Source: Smithellaceae bacterium (GTDB taxonomy: Bacteria; Desulfobacterota; Syntrophia; Syntrophales; Smithellaceae). From it: a stretch of DNA of 64,000 bases. A model generated the notes under the pieces. The model did not search any database, had not been told where the DNA came from, and saw only the letters and a list, made by a program, of their open reading frames with translations. This document shows, piece by piece, positions 39,322 to 48,706 of this stretch; within the stretch, counting starts at the first letter, position 1; the number at the start of each line of letters is the position of its first letter. A program made the position numbers and the translations under genes. The stretch is taken from contig CAXXVL010000002.1 in the NCBI GenBank assembly GCA_963667845.2, positions 160,001-224,000 on the forward strand, read 5' to 3'.

Positions 39322-40668
39322 TCAGGCCGGTGTCTCGGGCGGCCAGATTTTTTTGAATGCCGTCTTCGGAAAGAAGCAGTAAGGACATTCGTCCGGTGGT
39401 TCGTCTCCGTAATGGATATGTCCGCACATCCGGCACCGCCAGGCCTTCTTGTTTTTTGCCGCCGGATCGTTCAAGTCAAGCCCCCGGATCATGGGCAGAT
39501 CCTCCAGAGCCGGCATGACGGGCTTGTATTTGCCGAGAACGTGTCCGGAAAGAACCACTCGCTGCACTTCGCTCGTGCCTTCATAGATGCTGAACAGGCG
39601 CGTATCGCGCATAATCTTTTCAATCGGAAACATCTTCGTGTATCCGTAACCGCCAAAAATCTGCAGGGCTTCATTGGCTACTTCCAGGGCCATTTCCGTT
39701 GCATACATTTTGGCGATGGAAGCGCTGATGGTCGGATCCCTGCCGCTGTCCGCCTCCCACGCCGCCCGCAAGACGAGCAGGCGCGCGGTTTCCACCTTTT
39801 GATACATCTCGGCCAGTTTGAACTGGATGGCTTCAAAATTGGCAAGCTCCGCTCCGAAAACTCTTCTTTTTTTTGCGTAATTAATGGCGTAGTCCATTGC
39901 CGAACGGGCGGCGCCCACGGCGAAAGCGCCGATGGACGGCCTCGTGCGGGAAAAGGTCTTCATGGCCAGGACAAATCCCGAACCCGGTTCGGCCAGAACA
40001 TTTTCGGCAGGCACCCGCACGTTCTTTAAGTTGATCCCCGCCGTATTCGATGCGCGCTGACCGAGTTTCGGGATCGGCCGGCCCACGGATACGCCCTCCC
40101 AGTTTTTTTCCACGAGAAATGCACAGATCCCCTCATGTTTCTTAGCCGGATCGATCGTGGCAAACACCGACATGTAGTCGGCGACACCGGCATTGGTAAT
40201 CCAGTATTTCGTTCCATTTAGGATATAGTCGTCACCTTGTTTCTCGGCCCGGCAGCGCATTGAGGCGACGTCGGAGCCCATGGTAGGCTCCGACGTCGCA
40301 AAGCAGATGCGCTTGAACTCATGGAGGATTTCCGGAAGATACTTTTCCCGGACGTGTTCGTTTGGCGTCAGCAGCAGAGGCACCGTACCCAGGGAATTAT
40401 CAAAAATCGAGGTCGCGACACCCGGGCAGACGGCCGATATCTCTTCGGTAAGGATCACATCCTCGATCAGGCCCAGACCTTTCCCCCCGTATTTTACCGG
40501 AATGTTCGCATTCATGAACCCGGCGTCAAACGCCTTCCTGAGCAGAAAAAGCGGGATCTCATCCACTTCGTCATAGTGCCATATGGCAGGCAGTATTTCA
40601 GTCAGAGCAAAGCGGCGCACCTGGTCCCGTAATTCCTTCTGCTCGGGGCTTAAGTCAAAGTTGAGCAT
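39322..40668 (-). CDS. Acyl-CoA dehydrogenase with C-terminal rubredoxin-like domain
   Basis: FATSEPTMGSD, NGTKYWITN and GGYGY..RD..IYEGT. Tail WRCRMCGHIHYGDEPPDECPYC. Confidence 0.92.
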   Translation of the reverse strand: MLNFDLSPEQKELRDQVRRFALTEILPAIWHYDEVDEIPLFLLRKAFDAGFMNANIPVKYGGKGLGLIEDVILTEEISAVCPGVATSIFDNSLGTVPLLLTPNEHVREKYLPEILHEFKRICFATSEPTMGSDVASMRCRAEKQGDDYILNGTKYWITNAGVADYMSVFATIDPAKKHEGICAFLVEKNWEGVSVGRPIPKLGQRASNTAGINLKNVRVPAENVLAEPGSGFVLAMKTFSRTRPSIGAFAVGAARSAMDYAINYAKKRRVFGAELANFEAIQFKLAEMYQKVETARLLVLRAAWEADSGRDPTISASIAKMYATEMALEVANEALQIFGGYGYTKMFPIEKIMRDTRLFSIYEGTSEVQRVVLSGHVLGKYKPVMPALEDLPMIRGLDLNDPAAKNKKAWRCRMCGHIHYGDEPPDECPYCFFPKTAFKKIWPPETPA

Positions 40669-40840
40669 GATTCCCTCCTGATATTTTTGACATTTGAGTC
40701 CGACGGCTTGACACCTGCACAGATCGGCGCGGCAAGCACGAACAAGGTCATCTGAAAACCCGAGAGGCTTACCGAAGTGATTTCTCTTTTAAAATAGGGA
40801 ATGAATCGGGTGTGTCAAGAAACGAATTTCTGTTCGCTGA

Positions 40841-41506
40841 TCAGGTCTGGAAACCCGGAAGGCTGATGCGCTTTTCAAGACGGCGCGCGGCGACAACAAT
40901 GATGGAAACCAGTGCCAGGTAAACCAGTCCGGCGGTAATGTAAGCCTTGAAGAACTGGAAGTTCGTCGAGGCGACTTCCTGCATCTGGGCAAAAAAATCG
41001 TGGTACTGGATGAGGAAAGCGACGGAGGTATCCTTGAGGTTCTGGATGACCTGATTGGTTAAGGACGGGACCGCAAAACGCATCACCTGGGGCAGGATAA
41101 TCAGACGGAAAGTTTCCGGATACGTAAAGCCCTGAGCCCGGGCGGCCTCCAGTTCCGTCTTATCCAGACCGTTGTAAGCGGTCATCAGGTACCGGGCGTT
41201 ATAGGCAGACACGTTCAGGGTAAAGCCGACCACGACGACCGTGAAGGCCGACAGTTTGATGCCCAGCTCCGGCAGGCCGTAATAGATCAGAAAAAGATGA
41301 ACCAGCAGCGGCGTCCCGATAAAGAAGGAGATATAGCGCTCCGTCCACGTCCGCAAAAACTTGTTTTTACTGAGCGTCAGGTAAAAGACGCCAACCCCGC
41401 CCGCAAGTCCGGTCACCGACATAATGACCATGAGCAGCACCGTATTTCGGAGACCCGCGAGGATCTGCGGCGAATAAGCAATCAGGTCATGAATAAAGGC
41501 GTCCAT
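40841..41506 (-). CDS. Polar amino-acid ABC permease
   Basis: GTPLLVHL, ELEAARAQG, IILPQ and LKDTS. Confidence 0.9.
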   Translation of the reverse strand: MDAFIHDLIAYSPQILAGLRNTVLLMVIMSVTGLAGGVGVFYLTLSKNKFLRTWTERYISFFIGTPLLVHLFLIYYGLPELGIKLSAFTVVVVGFTLNVSAYNARYLMTAYNGLDKTELEAARAQGFTYPETFRLIILPQVMRFAVPSLTNQVIQNLKDTSVAFLIQYHDFFAQMQEVASTNFQFFKAYITAGLVYLALVSIIVVAARRLEKRISLPGFQT

Positions 41507-41510
41507 TTAG

Positions 41511-42248
41511 CTACCTGTGGTCGATCACGCTTAAGAAAAATTGTTTGATCCGCGGATCTTCATGCTCATAAAAGAGCCGCTCGGCGATATCCTCCGCCAC
41601 GACAACTCCCTGATCCATAAACACGATGCTGTCGGAAATGTACTTCGCCAGAAACGGATCGTGGGTGACGCAAAGCATGGTGATGTTGTCCAGGTAGAGT
41701 TTGTTGATGACCGTGACCACTTCCCGGGACATTTGCGGATCCAGGGCCGAGGTCGGTTCGTCCAGAAAAAGCACCGCCGGATCCATGGCCAGCGCCCGGA
41801 CAATGGCCGCCCGCTGCTTCTGGCCGCCGGAAAGCTGCGCGGGATATTTATGACGGTGTTCGACCATACCGACGCGCTCCAGCTCATAGAGGGCTTTTTC
41901 CAGGGCTTCTTTCACGGGCATCTTTTTGATTTTCCTGAGTCCCAGGGTGACATTGTCCTCCACCGTCAGGTGCGTATAAAGGGCAAAGTGCTGAAAGACA
42001 AACCCGATCTCCTGGCGCAGTTTCCGGATATCCACGCCCGGCGCGGTGATGTCTTCTCCTTTGAAGAGGATCTGACCCGAGGTGGGCGTGATAAGCAGAT
42101 TCAGACAGCGCAAGAGCGTCGATTTTCCGCAGCCCGACGCGCCCATCACGACTTTGGACTGGCCCTCATCGAGCTGCAAATTGATTCCCTTGAGGACGTC
42201 CTTATCGTCAAATTGCTTCACCAGATTTTTAACTTCAATTAAAGCCAT
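41511..42248 (-). CDS. Polar amino-acid ABC ATP-binding protein
   Basis: GASGCGKST, LSGGQKQR and LDEPTSALDP. Confidence 0.94.
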   Translation of the reverse strand: MALIEVKNLVKQFDDKDVLKGINLQLDEGQSKVVMGASGCGKSTLLRCLNLLITPTSGQILFKGEDITAPGVDIRKLRQEIGFVFQHFALYTHLTVEDNVTLGLRKIKKMPVKEALEKALYELERVGMVEHRHKYPAQLSGGQKQRAAIVRALAMDPAVLFLDEPTSALDPQMSREVVTVINKLYLDNITMLCVTHDPFLAKYISDSIVFMDQGVVVAEDIAERLFYEHEDPRIKQFFLSVIDHR

Positions 42249-42260
42249 CGTCTTTCCTTT

Positions 42261-42914
42261 TCACTCATGGGCCAGGCCGGGAATCCGGAACTTTTTCTCG
42301 AGCGCCATAAACGTGAGCACGAACACCTTGTAGATGGCGAAGTAAATGATTCCGACGGCCAGGTAGATCTCCAGTCCCCGCAGGGTCAGGGCGGCCAGGC
42401 TCATCGCCTGTTTCATAATTTCGGGAATACCGACCGTATAGGCAAACGGCGTATACTTCAGGATGGAGGTGAACTCATTGATCATCCCCGGGATGGACAT
42501 CCGGAGCATCTGCGGAAGAATAATGTAGTAAAAGCTTTGCCAGCGGCTCATGCCCGCGGCTTCGGCCGCCAGAATTTCATCCTGACTGACGGCGGCGATA
42601 GCGCCCCGGAATATTTCCGCAAGGTAGGCGCCGGAGACCAGCCCCAGGGTCAGCACCATGGAGAGAAACGGGGGAACGCGGATGCCGGCGCCCGGAAGAC
42701 CGAAAAAGACAATGAAGAGCAGCACCAGCACCGGTATCGAGCGAAACACATAAGTATAGGCGGCAAGGATTGCCCTGGCCGCCTTCCATTGCACGAGGCC
42801 GAAGACAGTGAGCGCAAGTCCGATCACCAAGCCGGCGCCGATGCTGGCCATCGTCACCAGAATCGTGTACCCTGCACCTTTGGCCAGGGTCAAAAGGATA
42901 TCCCAGAATGTCAT
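42261..42914 (-). CDS. Polar amino-acid ABC permease
   Basis: FRSIPVLVLL, AYLAEIFRG and IILPQ. Confidence 0.9.
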   Translation of the reverse strand: MTFWDILLTLAKGAGYTILVTMASIGAGLVIGLALTVFGLVQWKAARAILAAYTYVFRSIPVLVLLFIVFFGLPGAGIRVPPFLSMVLTLGLVSGAYLAEIFRGAIAAVSQDEILAAEAAGMSRWQSFYYIILPQMLRMSIPGMINEFTSILKYTPFAYTVGIPEIMKQAMSLAALTLRGLEIYLAVGIIYFAIYKVFVLTFMALEKKFRIPGLAHE

Positions 42915-42933
42915 CGGTTCGGTTTACGCCCTT

Positions 42934-43683
42934 CTACTTCATCCACTTGTCGACGATGGCTTTGAGTTTTTCCGGACCCAGTTCGGCGAGGTATCGATTA
43001 AAATCGTCGCGCAGAGGGGACCCTTTGGGAAAGGCAAATCCGAACATATCAAACCCAGAAAACACGTAACTGTCCTGGATATCCATTTTCTTCTTGTAAA
43101 CCGAGGCAACGGAGCCGTCCAGAAAGGCCAAGTCGAGGTTGCCGTTTTTCAGGTCGGCCAGAACTTCATTATAGGTCGGATACATTTTGACGTCGATCAG
43201 CTTGTAGACGCCCTGCGGTTCCAGTTTGTCCTTGATGAAGGCGCTGTAAGCCATGCCGCGCGGATAGCCGATGGTGTATTTTTTCAATTGGGAAAGGTCT
43301 TTGATAGCAATATTCCGGCTCTTGAGGCTGACCAGATTCCAGGTATTGTCCATATAGGGCTTGGAGAAATCCATGACCTCTTTGCGCTTGTCGGTAATCG
43401 AGATGGCCGAAAACGCGACGTCGGCCTGTTTGCCGATGACCGCTCCCAGCATGCCTTGCCAATCGTAGGCCGTGATCTTATACTCACGCCCCCGGGCTTT
43501 GCAGAAACCTTCAAACAGATCCAGATCCATCCCCACGTATTTCCCGTTTTCTTCATACAGATTCGGCGGCGACGTCGGGCAGACCGCAACCTTGATCACT
43601 GCTGCTTCTTCCTTTTTGCTGCAACCGAACATGACCAGCGGCAGAAGACAAAACACGCACAACAAGAGAATAATTTTTTTCAT
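42934..43683 (-). CDS. Polar amino-acid ABC substrate-binding lipoprotein
   Basis: Lipobox (FGC), GMDLDL and ISITDKRKEVMDFSKPY. Confidence 0.9.
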   Translation of the reverse strand: MKKIILLLCVFCLLPLVMFGCSKKEEAAVIKVAVCPTSPPNLYEENGKYVGMDLDLFEGFCKARGREYKITAYDWQGMLGAVIGKQADVAFSAISITDKRKEVMDFSKPYMDNTWNLVSLKSRNIAIKDLSQLKKYTIGYPRGMAYSAFIKDKLEPQGVYKLIDVKMYPTYNEVLADLKNGNLDLAFLDGSVASVYKKKMDIQDSYVFSGFDMFGFAFPKGSPLRDDFNRYLAELGPEKLKAIVDKWMK

Positions 43684-43729
43684 GAAGTATCCTTTCCTTC
43701 CTTCCGGATTCTGGTTTGACACGCCCGCG

Positions 43730-43758
43730 ATTATAGGAAGATAGATTTCCCGTGTCAA
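43730..43758 (-). promoter_or_regulatory. Consensus sigma-70 promoter of the amino-acid ABC operon
   Basis: TTGACA-N17-TATAAT, exact, on the minus strand. Confidence 0.85.
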
Positions 43759-43947
43759 TGAATTTATGAATAAATCCGCTAATCCCGCCTTCCGGCCGGT
43801 GTATCCGGCGGCAAATCAAACAAGACCGCGTTCAGAACGGAAATGACGTTGCCGCAGGCGGCCTCGGAGGCGGTATTCACGCGCACAGCCAAGGAGCGAT
43901 TTTTTTTCGCCCGCTGTCCGGTCCTGCGACATGCCCGCGGCCGTCCT

Positions 43948-45396
43948 TTATTTCCGGAGGCGCCGGCTTTCGTTGTACCGGCAGAGATTGGCCACGGTCC
44001 TGACCGTAGCATCGAGCGTGGCAAATACCGGAAAGCCTCTGGCGGCGAACGCCTTTTTCAGCAAAAGATTATAGTGCCTGTCTTGTTCGTCTTCCAGATA
44101 GGGGTCCAGGGAGACAGTGATCATGACGGGCTTATGTTCCTTCTCCCGGGCCTCTCCGCAGCCCTCGACCATCAACTCGATGAGGCGCTGCATGTGGGCG
44201 TCAATGCCCGCCTGCAGGATGCGCCGCAGGTAGCGGAACTGATCAAACTGGAAGACCAGCGTTTGAATTCCGCGGTCCGCGGCAACGGTCCGGATGATGT
44301 CGGAGATGTTTCCCGCGGAGCCGATATTGTAGTAGATGGGCCAGGCGTCTAAGGGATTTCCGATACTGGTTCCCGCCGCGGGAACGAGCGTGCGGAGCGC
44401 CTCGACGGTTTCAGACGAAAACCGCGGCACCGCGATGCCGGCCCTCTGGCACAGGTCGGTCTGAATCACGCTGAAGCCGCCGGAGTTGGTGATGAGCGCC
44501 ATGGACCGCCCGGCCGGCAGCGGCGAGGTGTCGAGCGCCATCAGCATGTTCGTCATTTCATCGAAATTGTCCACCTGCAAAACGCCGCATTGCTTAAAGA
44601 CGGCGCTCCAGATATCCGGGGAACCGGCCATGGCGGCCGTGTGGGAAGCCGCCGCCCGCATGCCCTGCTCGGTCATCCCGCCCTTGATGGCGATCACGGG
44701 TTTTCGCGCGGCCGCACGGCCTAGCGCCGCAGTCAGGCGCGGGGCGTTCTTTGTTCCTTCAATGTAGAAAGCGATAATCTTCGTGTCTTCGTCATCGGCC
44801 AGATATTCCAAAAAGTCCGCGCCATCCAGATCGACGGCGTTACCATAGCTTATCACCTTGCTGAACCGGAGATTTTTGGTACCGGCAAAATAAGAGAAGG
44901 ATTCGGCGAAACTGCCGCTCTGCGCTACCACGCCGATGTGACCTTCTTCGGTCGGGGCCTCCGGCACGATGGCGAGGCCGGACTTCGGGCAGTAGACGCC
45001 GAAGCAGTTGGGGCCGATGAGCCGGATTTTTCCCAACGCCTGCCGCTTTAATTCTTCTTCCTGTTTGATCCTTTCGGGAATTCCCGTCTCGCTGAAGCCG
45101 GCCGTGAATATCTGCGCCGCCTTGACGCCTTTCCGGATGCACTGTTCCAAAACCTGCGGCAGGATCGCGGCCGACACACCGATAATGACGTAATCGACCG
45201 GCGCCTCCACATCCAGTATGCTCGGGTAGCATTTCCTGCCCAGCATCTCCGTGTATTTCGGATTCACGAGGTACAGGCGCTCCCTGATTTTCGTTTTCAT
45301 CTGCGCCTGGGTTGCCAGATCAAAGGGAGACGCCCCGATGATCGCCACACCGCGCGGATTGAAGATCGTATCAAATATATTCTGTGTCGCTTCCAT
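43948..45396 (-). CDS. Acyl-CoA synthetase (NDP-forming) alpha-subunit-like CoA-binding protein, no ATP-grasp domain
   Basis: FNPRGVAIIGAS, IGPNCFG, QSGS, AAASHT, TNSGG and GNPLD. Confidence 0.88.
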   Translation of the reverse strand: MEATQNIFDTIFNPRGVAIIGASPFDLATQAQMKTKIRERLYLVNPKYTEMLGRKCYPSILDVEAPVDYVIIGVSAAILPQVLEQCIRKGVKAAQIFTAGFSETGIPERIKQEEELKRQALGKIRLIGPNCFGVYCPKSGLAIVPEAPTEEGHIGVVAQSGSFAESFSYFAGTKNLRFSKVISYGNAVDLDGADFLEYLADDEDTKIIAFYIEGTKNAPRLTAALGRAAARKPVIAIKGGMTEQGMRAAASHTAAMAGSPDIWSAVFKQCGVLQVDNFDEMTNMLMALDTSPLPAGRSMALITNSGGFSVIQTDLCQRAGIAVPRFSSETVEALRTLVPAAGTSIGNPLDAWPIYYNIGSAGNISDIIRTVAADRGIQTLVFQFDQFRYLRRILQAGIDAHMQRLIELMVEGCGEAREKEHKPVMITVSLDPYLEDEQDRHYNLLLKKAFAARGFPVFATLDATVRTVANLCRYNESRRLRK

Positions 45397-45600
45397 AGAC
45401 CTCCGGATGAAATAGGATAATGTTTTTTCTTATCACAGGTCCGGCGACAATCGAAGAATAAAATATTCTGAAGGGAAAGTATGGAAAGGTTTCGTAAATT
45501 TCTTCTTACGGAACGATAGGGTACAGGTGGACAATCCCCCACGGGGCAATCGCGATCATTCCCCGCGGGCCCGCGGTCGATTCGGGTTGGAATGTTCCCG

Positions 45601-46803
45601 CTACTTGGCTTGCGGCTTCTCACCGGCCGGCTTCAGGAAAAGATAATAAAGCCGTCCTTCGCGGTATGTAGCGCCGGCAAGTTCCCCGGCCCGGTCACCC
45701 ACCCCCATATACACGTCGCAGCGGCCGGCAGCCCGGATGGCGCCTCCGGTATCCTGATCCAGGGCGAATCCGACAGGCCTCTCCAGATCGACTGCGGCAA
45801 AGGCAAACATCGCCCGGGGATAGATGGATTTGTCCGTGGCGATCGAGCGAAACGGCGTTACCGGCTCGTTGATGGATCCCCGGGGCTCGCCCGTCCCCTT
45901 CCGGAAAAAAACAAACCGGGGATTCGTATTCACGTAACGATCGATTTCATCGGGATGGGCCTTAAAGTATTCGATCATGATTCTGAGGCTGACACGCTTT
46001 CCGGAGAGTTTTCCGTCCGCAATCATTTTCGGCACGATGCTTTCATACTCCCAGCCGTTATGAGCGTCATAGCTGACCGCTTCGATTAGGCCTTCAGGCG
46101 TCCGGATCTTGGCCGAACCCTGAACATGAACGACATAAACCTCAAACGGGTCGCCAAGCCAGACGAGTTCGTTGCCCGCGAGCAGATTGGAACTCTGGAG
46201 GCCGGCCCTGTTCGGGAATTTCCCGATCCTGCCGTCCGGACCCTTTTGGCCGAGAATGGCGCCGTCGGCACCCTTGACCAGATTGCCGGGCGATTTGTAC
46301 AGGGGATACTTAAAACGGTCCGTGCGGCTAAGCGACCCGTCAAAAATCGGCGTGTAATATCCGGTATACAAAACCGTCCCCTGGTTGTCACAGCCGACCG
46401 AAATATACGTATCGAATTGATCCCGCAGAATCTTATTCAACTCGTCAGGCGAGAGGCCCGACGAAACCAGCTTTTTGAGCTCCTTCAGGCTTTTGACCGC
46501 CTGTTCATGGGTGATCTCGCCATAGGGATAGAACCGCTCACTCGACGGCTTGGCCATGTAGTTCAAACTATGATTGATCGCCTCAAGCAACCCTTCCAAA
46601 TCGCCCGCCGCCTTTGTGTAATCGGGAATCTGGCCCGGATCGGTAATTTTTCTCAGCGCCAGTTCGCCTTGCGGCAGCGGGCGCGTGTAATCCTTTTCGA
46701 TGGTCCGGTCTTCAATCATGACCACGCTGCGTTTCTGGCAGCCGGCCAAACCCAGACACATCACAACCATCAACAAGCCGATAAGAATGATTTTGATTTT
46801 CAT
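45601..46803 (-). CDS. mltA: Membrane-bound lytic transglycosylase A (lipoprotein)
   Basis: Lipobox LAGC, YTGYYTP, HVQGSA, NPRFVFF, SIATD and QDTGGAI..RCDVY (3D domain). Confidence 0.9.
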   Translation of the reverse strand: MKIKIILIGLLMVVMCLGLAGCQKRSVVMIEDRTIEKDYTRPLPQGELALRKITDPGQIPDYTKAAGDLEGLLEAINHSLNYMAKPSSERFYPYGEITHEQAVKSLKELKKLVSSGLSPDELNKILRDQFDTYISVGCDNQGTVLYTGYYTPIFDGSLSRTDRFKYPLYKSPGNLVKGADGAILGQKGPDGRIGKFPNRAGLQSSNLLAGNELVWLGDPFEVYVVHVQGSAKIRTPEGLIEAVSYDAHNGWEYESIVPKMIADGKLSGKRVSLRIMIEYFKAHPDEIDRYVNTNPRFVFFRKGTGEPRGSINEPVTPFRSIATDKSIYPRAMFAFAAVDLERPVGFALDQDTGGAIRAAGRCDVYMGVGDRAGELAGATYREGRLYYLFLKPAGEKPQAK

Positions 46804-46809
46804 GCCCGA

Positions 46810-46839
46810 AACATAGGACAAAAGGGTTGCATCTGTCAA
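46810..46839 (-). promoter_or_regulatory. Sigma-70 promoter of mltA
   Basis: TTGACA-N18-TATGTT, ending 6 nt before the ATG. Confidence 0.55.
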
Positions 46840-46991
46840 AAGAAATTTGGCAGGAAAGCGAATCCCGGATTGGCGCATGTTCAAAAACGCCGCCCCGAAT
46901 GCCCCGCTCCGGCCCGGTGTTTCTGACGGGGAGAGCCCGGATTTTCTGTTTGTCCCGGGAGCAAATCCGGCATGCCCGGCCATTGGGTCTC

Positions 46992-47093
46992 AATCAACCG
47001 CCTCGCAGCAAGCTCTCGAAACATGAAATGAATGTCATTATATCCGAGCGAGCTGCGGAGAATTAACGCTCGTCGGGCTTAAGCGGGATTAAA
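46992..47093 (+). repeat. Dispersed palindromic element, long form
   Basis: AATCAACCGCCTCGCAGCAAGCT...ATGAAATGAATGTCATTAT...GCTGCGGAGAATTAACGCTCGTC...GCGGGATTAAA. Confidence 0.85.
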
Positions 47094-47289
47094 AAAATTT
47101 AGAAATGCAGGCCGATCGCCTTTTTTAGTTGCATTGTTCTCAGGAACCTGTATCATGCAGACCAATCATTCATGACGAACTGCACCCGGCAACACAGGAA
47201 CAGAGAGAAAAGGATTCACCCCGGAAACCCGCTCAAAAAAGCACCAACACTCCTTCGGGAGTTAATCTTACTAAGAGGAGGTAACGTGG

Positions 47290-47562
47290 ATGAACAAACA
47301 GGAATTGATTGATGCAATTGCCAAGGAATCAAAACTATCAAAGGCGTCGTCCAAGAAAGCACTTGAAGCGTTAACCAAAGCCGTCAAGCTCTCCCTGAAA
47401 AAGGGCGACCGTGTGGCCATCGCCGGATTCGGCTCTTTCTCGGTCGTCAAGCGAAAAGCAAGAATCGGCAGAAATCCGCAGACCGGAAAAGAGATCAAAA
47501 TCAAGGCCCGCAAAGCCGCAAAATTCACATCGGCTAAAGCGCTGAAGACTGTGCTGGGCTAG
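47290..47562 (+). CDS. hup: HU DNA-binding protein
   Basis: MNKQELIDAIA, GFGSF and RKARIGRNPQTGKEIKI. 90 aa; GAGGAGG RBS. Confidence 0.96.
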   Translation: MNKQELIDAIAKESKLSKASSKKALEALTKAVKLSLKKGDRVAIAGFGSFSVVKRKARIGRNPQTGKEIKIKARKAAKFTSAKALKTVLG

Positions 47563-47608
47563 ATTTTAAGCGGAAGATAATAACCCGCGCGACAGGATTG
47601 GATCGAAT

Positions 47609-47649
47609 AAAAAAACCCCCGTTCTCACATTTGAGGACAGGGGGTTTTT
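47609..47649. terminator. Rho-independent terminator (probably bidirectional)
   Basis: AAAAAAACCCCCGTTCTCA-CATT-TGAGGACAGGGGGTTTTT. Confidence 0.8.
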
Positions 47650-47864
47650 AGTAAGAACCGGACGCGCACCAGGATGGTACGTGGTTCAGATTAAAAAGAC
47701 TGCTCACGCGGCGGCCAGCGAATCAGGGCCTGTTCAGTTGATTTACTCATCGCCTTGTGTTTTTCAAATTCGGCTCTTGTCTTCGGGAATTAAAGATATA
47801 GTCCACCTTGCCGAATTTGCCGTTTTTCACCTGCTGCCTGATGAGACCACAGCATATGAAGGGG

Positions 47865-48425
47865 CTAACAAGAGATTTTGTCAAACCGGACCCGCACCGC
47901 CTCGGCAATAACCTCATGACCCCGCTCGTTGGGATACCTCGTATCGCGAAGCACCAGTTCCCTGTTCGCAAGACCATGGTCGTTTAAATAACCCGCCCAG
48001 TAGACGTGAACCGGAATCAGGTTGCAGTCGAGGTCTTGAGCAATGACTCTCAAAGATCTGTAAAATATGTAAACCGCGTCCATGTCCTCGCGGTCGTCGA
48101 ACGTGTGGGACGTGGCGAGAAAAATGATCGGGTGGAAACGAAGCCGCGCCAGCCGGATCGTCTGGACGATATTTTCCTGAAATTCAGAGCGGTAGACATA
48201 CCCGAAGGCATCGTCGATGCCGAAGTGCAGAAGGAGGACATCCGGCCTCACGGATTCGATGTCTTCGCTGAAGGTTCCGATGCAATCAAACGATGTCTCC
48301 CGATCCCGGGACCGGTTAATGACTTCGATTCCCCCCGGCAAAAGGGATTCTTTCAGGATATCGACGTAGCTTCTGGACACACCGTGGCCGGCGGCAATAC
48401 TGCCGCCGCGGATCAGCAGTTTCAT
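47865..48425 (-). CDS. SGNH/GDSL hydrolase family protein
   Basis: GGSIAAG (block I), PDVLLLHFGIDD (block III) and DTRYPNERGH (block V). The canonical Asn and His are replaced. Confidence 0.78.
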   Translation of the reverse strand: MKLLIRGGSIAAGHGVSRSYVDILKESLLPGGIEVINRSRDRETSFDCIGTFSEDIESVRPDVLLLHFGIDDAFGYVYRSEFQENIVQTIRLARLRFHPIIFLATSHTFDDREDMDAVYIFYRSLRVIAQDLDCNLIPVHVYWAGYLNDHGLANRELVLRDTRYPNERGHEVIAEAVRVRFDKISC

Positions 48426-48498
48426 GAGCGGGCCCCCGGGAATTGGAAATATGATCGGTCAATATTCTATCAGCAAATGAGGAAATGGAAAGCTTTAA

Positions 48499-48574
48499 CG
48501 TTAATTCTCCACAGCGTGCTGCGAAATAGTGACGTTCATTTCATACTCCGAAAGCTGCTGCGAGGTTGTTGATT
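48499..48574 (-). repeat. Dispersed palindromic element, long form (3'-truncated)
   Basis: Reverse complement reads AATCAACAACCTCGCAGCAGCTTTCGGAGTATGAAATGAACGTCACTATTTCGCAGCACGCTGTGGAGAATTAACG. Confidence 0.85.
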
Positions 48575-48706
48575 CGGCATCCATGAGGGGACTGCCCCAG
48601 AAGCGAATCGGCACACCTGTTTGATGATCGAAGTCTTGTATGGTGAAGAAAGAGAAATGTCCCGATCGTTCTTTCCAGGTGAACGAAGCGGATGGATGTG
48701 CGATCG

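Noticed and set aside
47747..47977. Small minus-strand ORF downstream of the SGNH gene
   Set aside because: It overlaps the SGNH gene by more than 100 bp and has no RBS or recognisable family.
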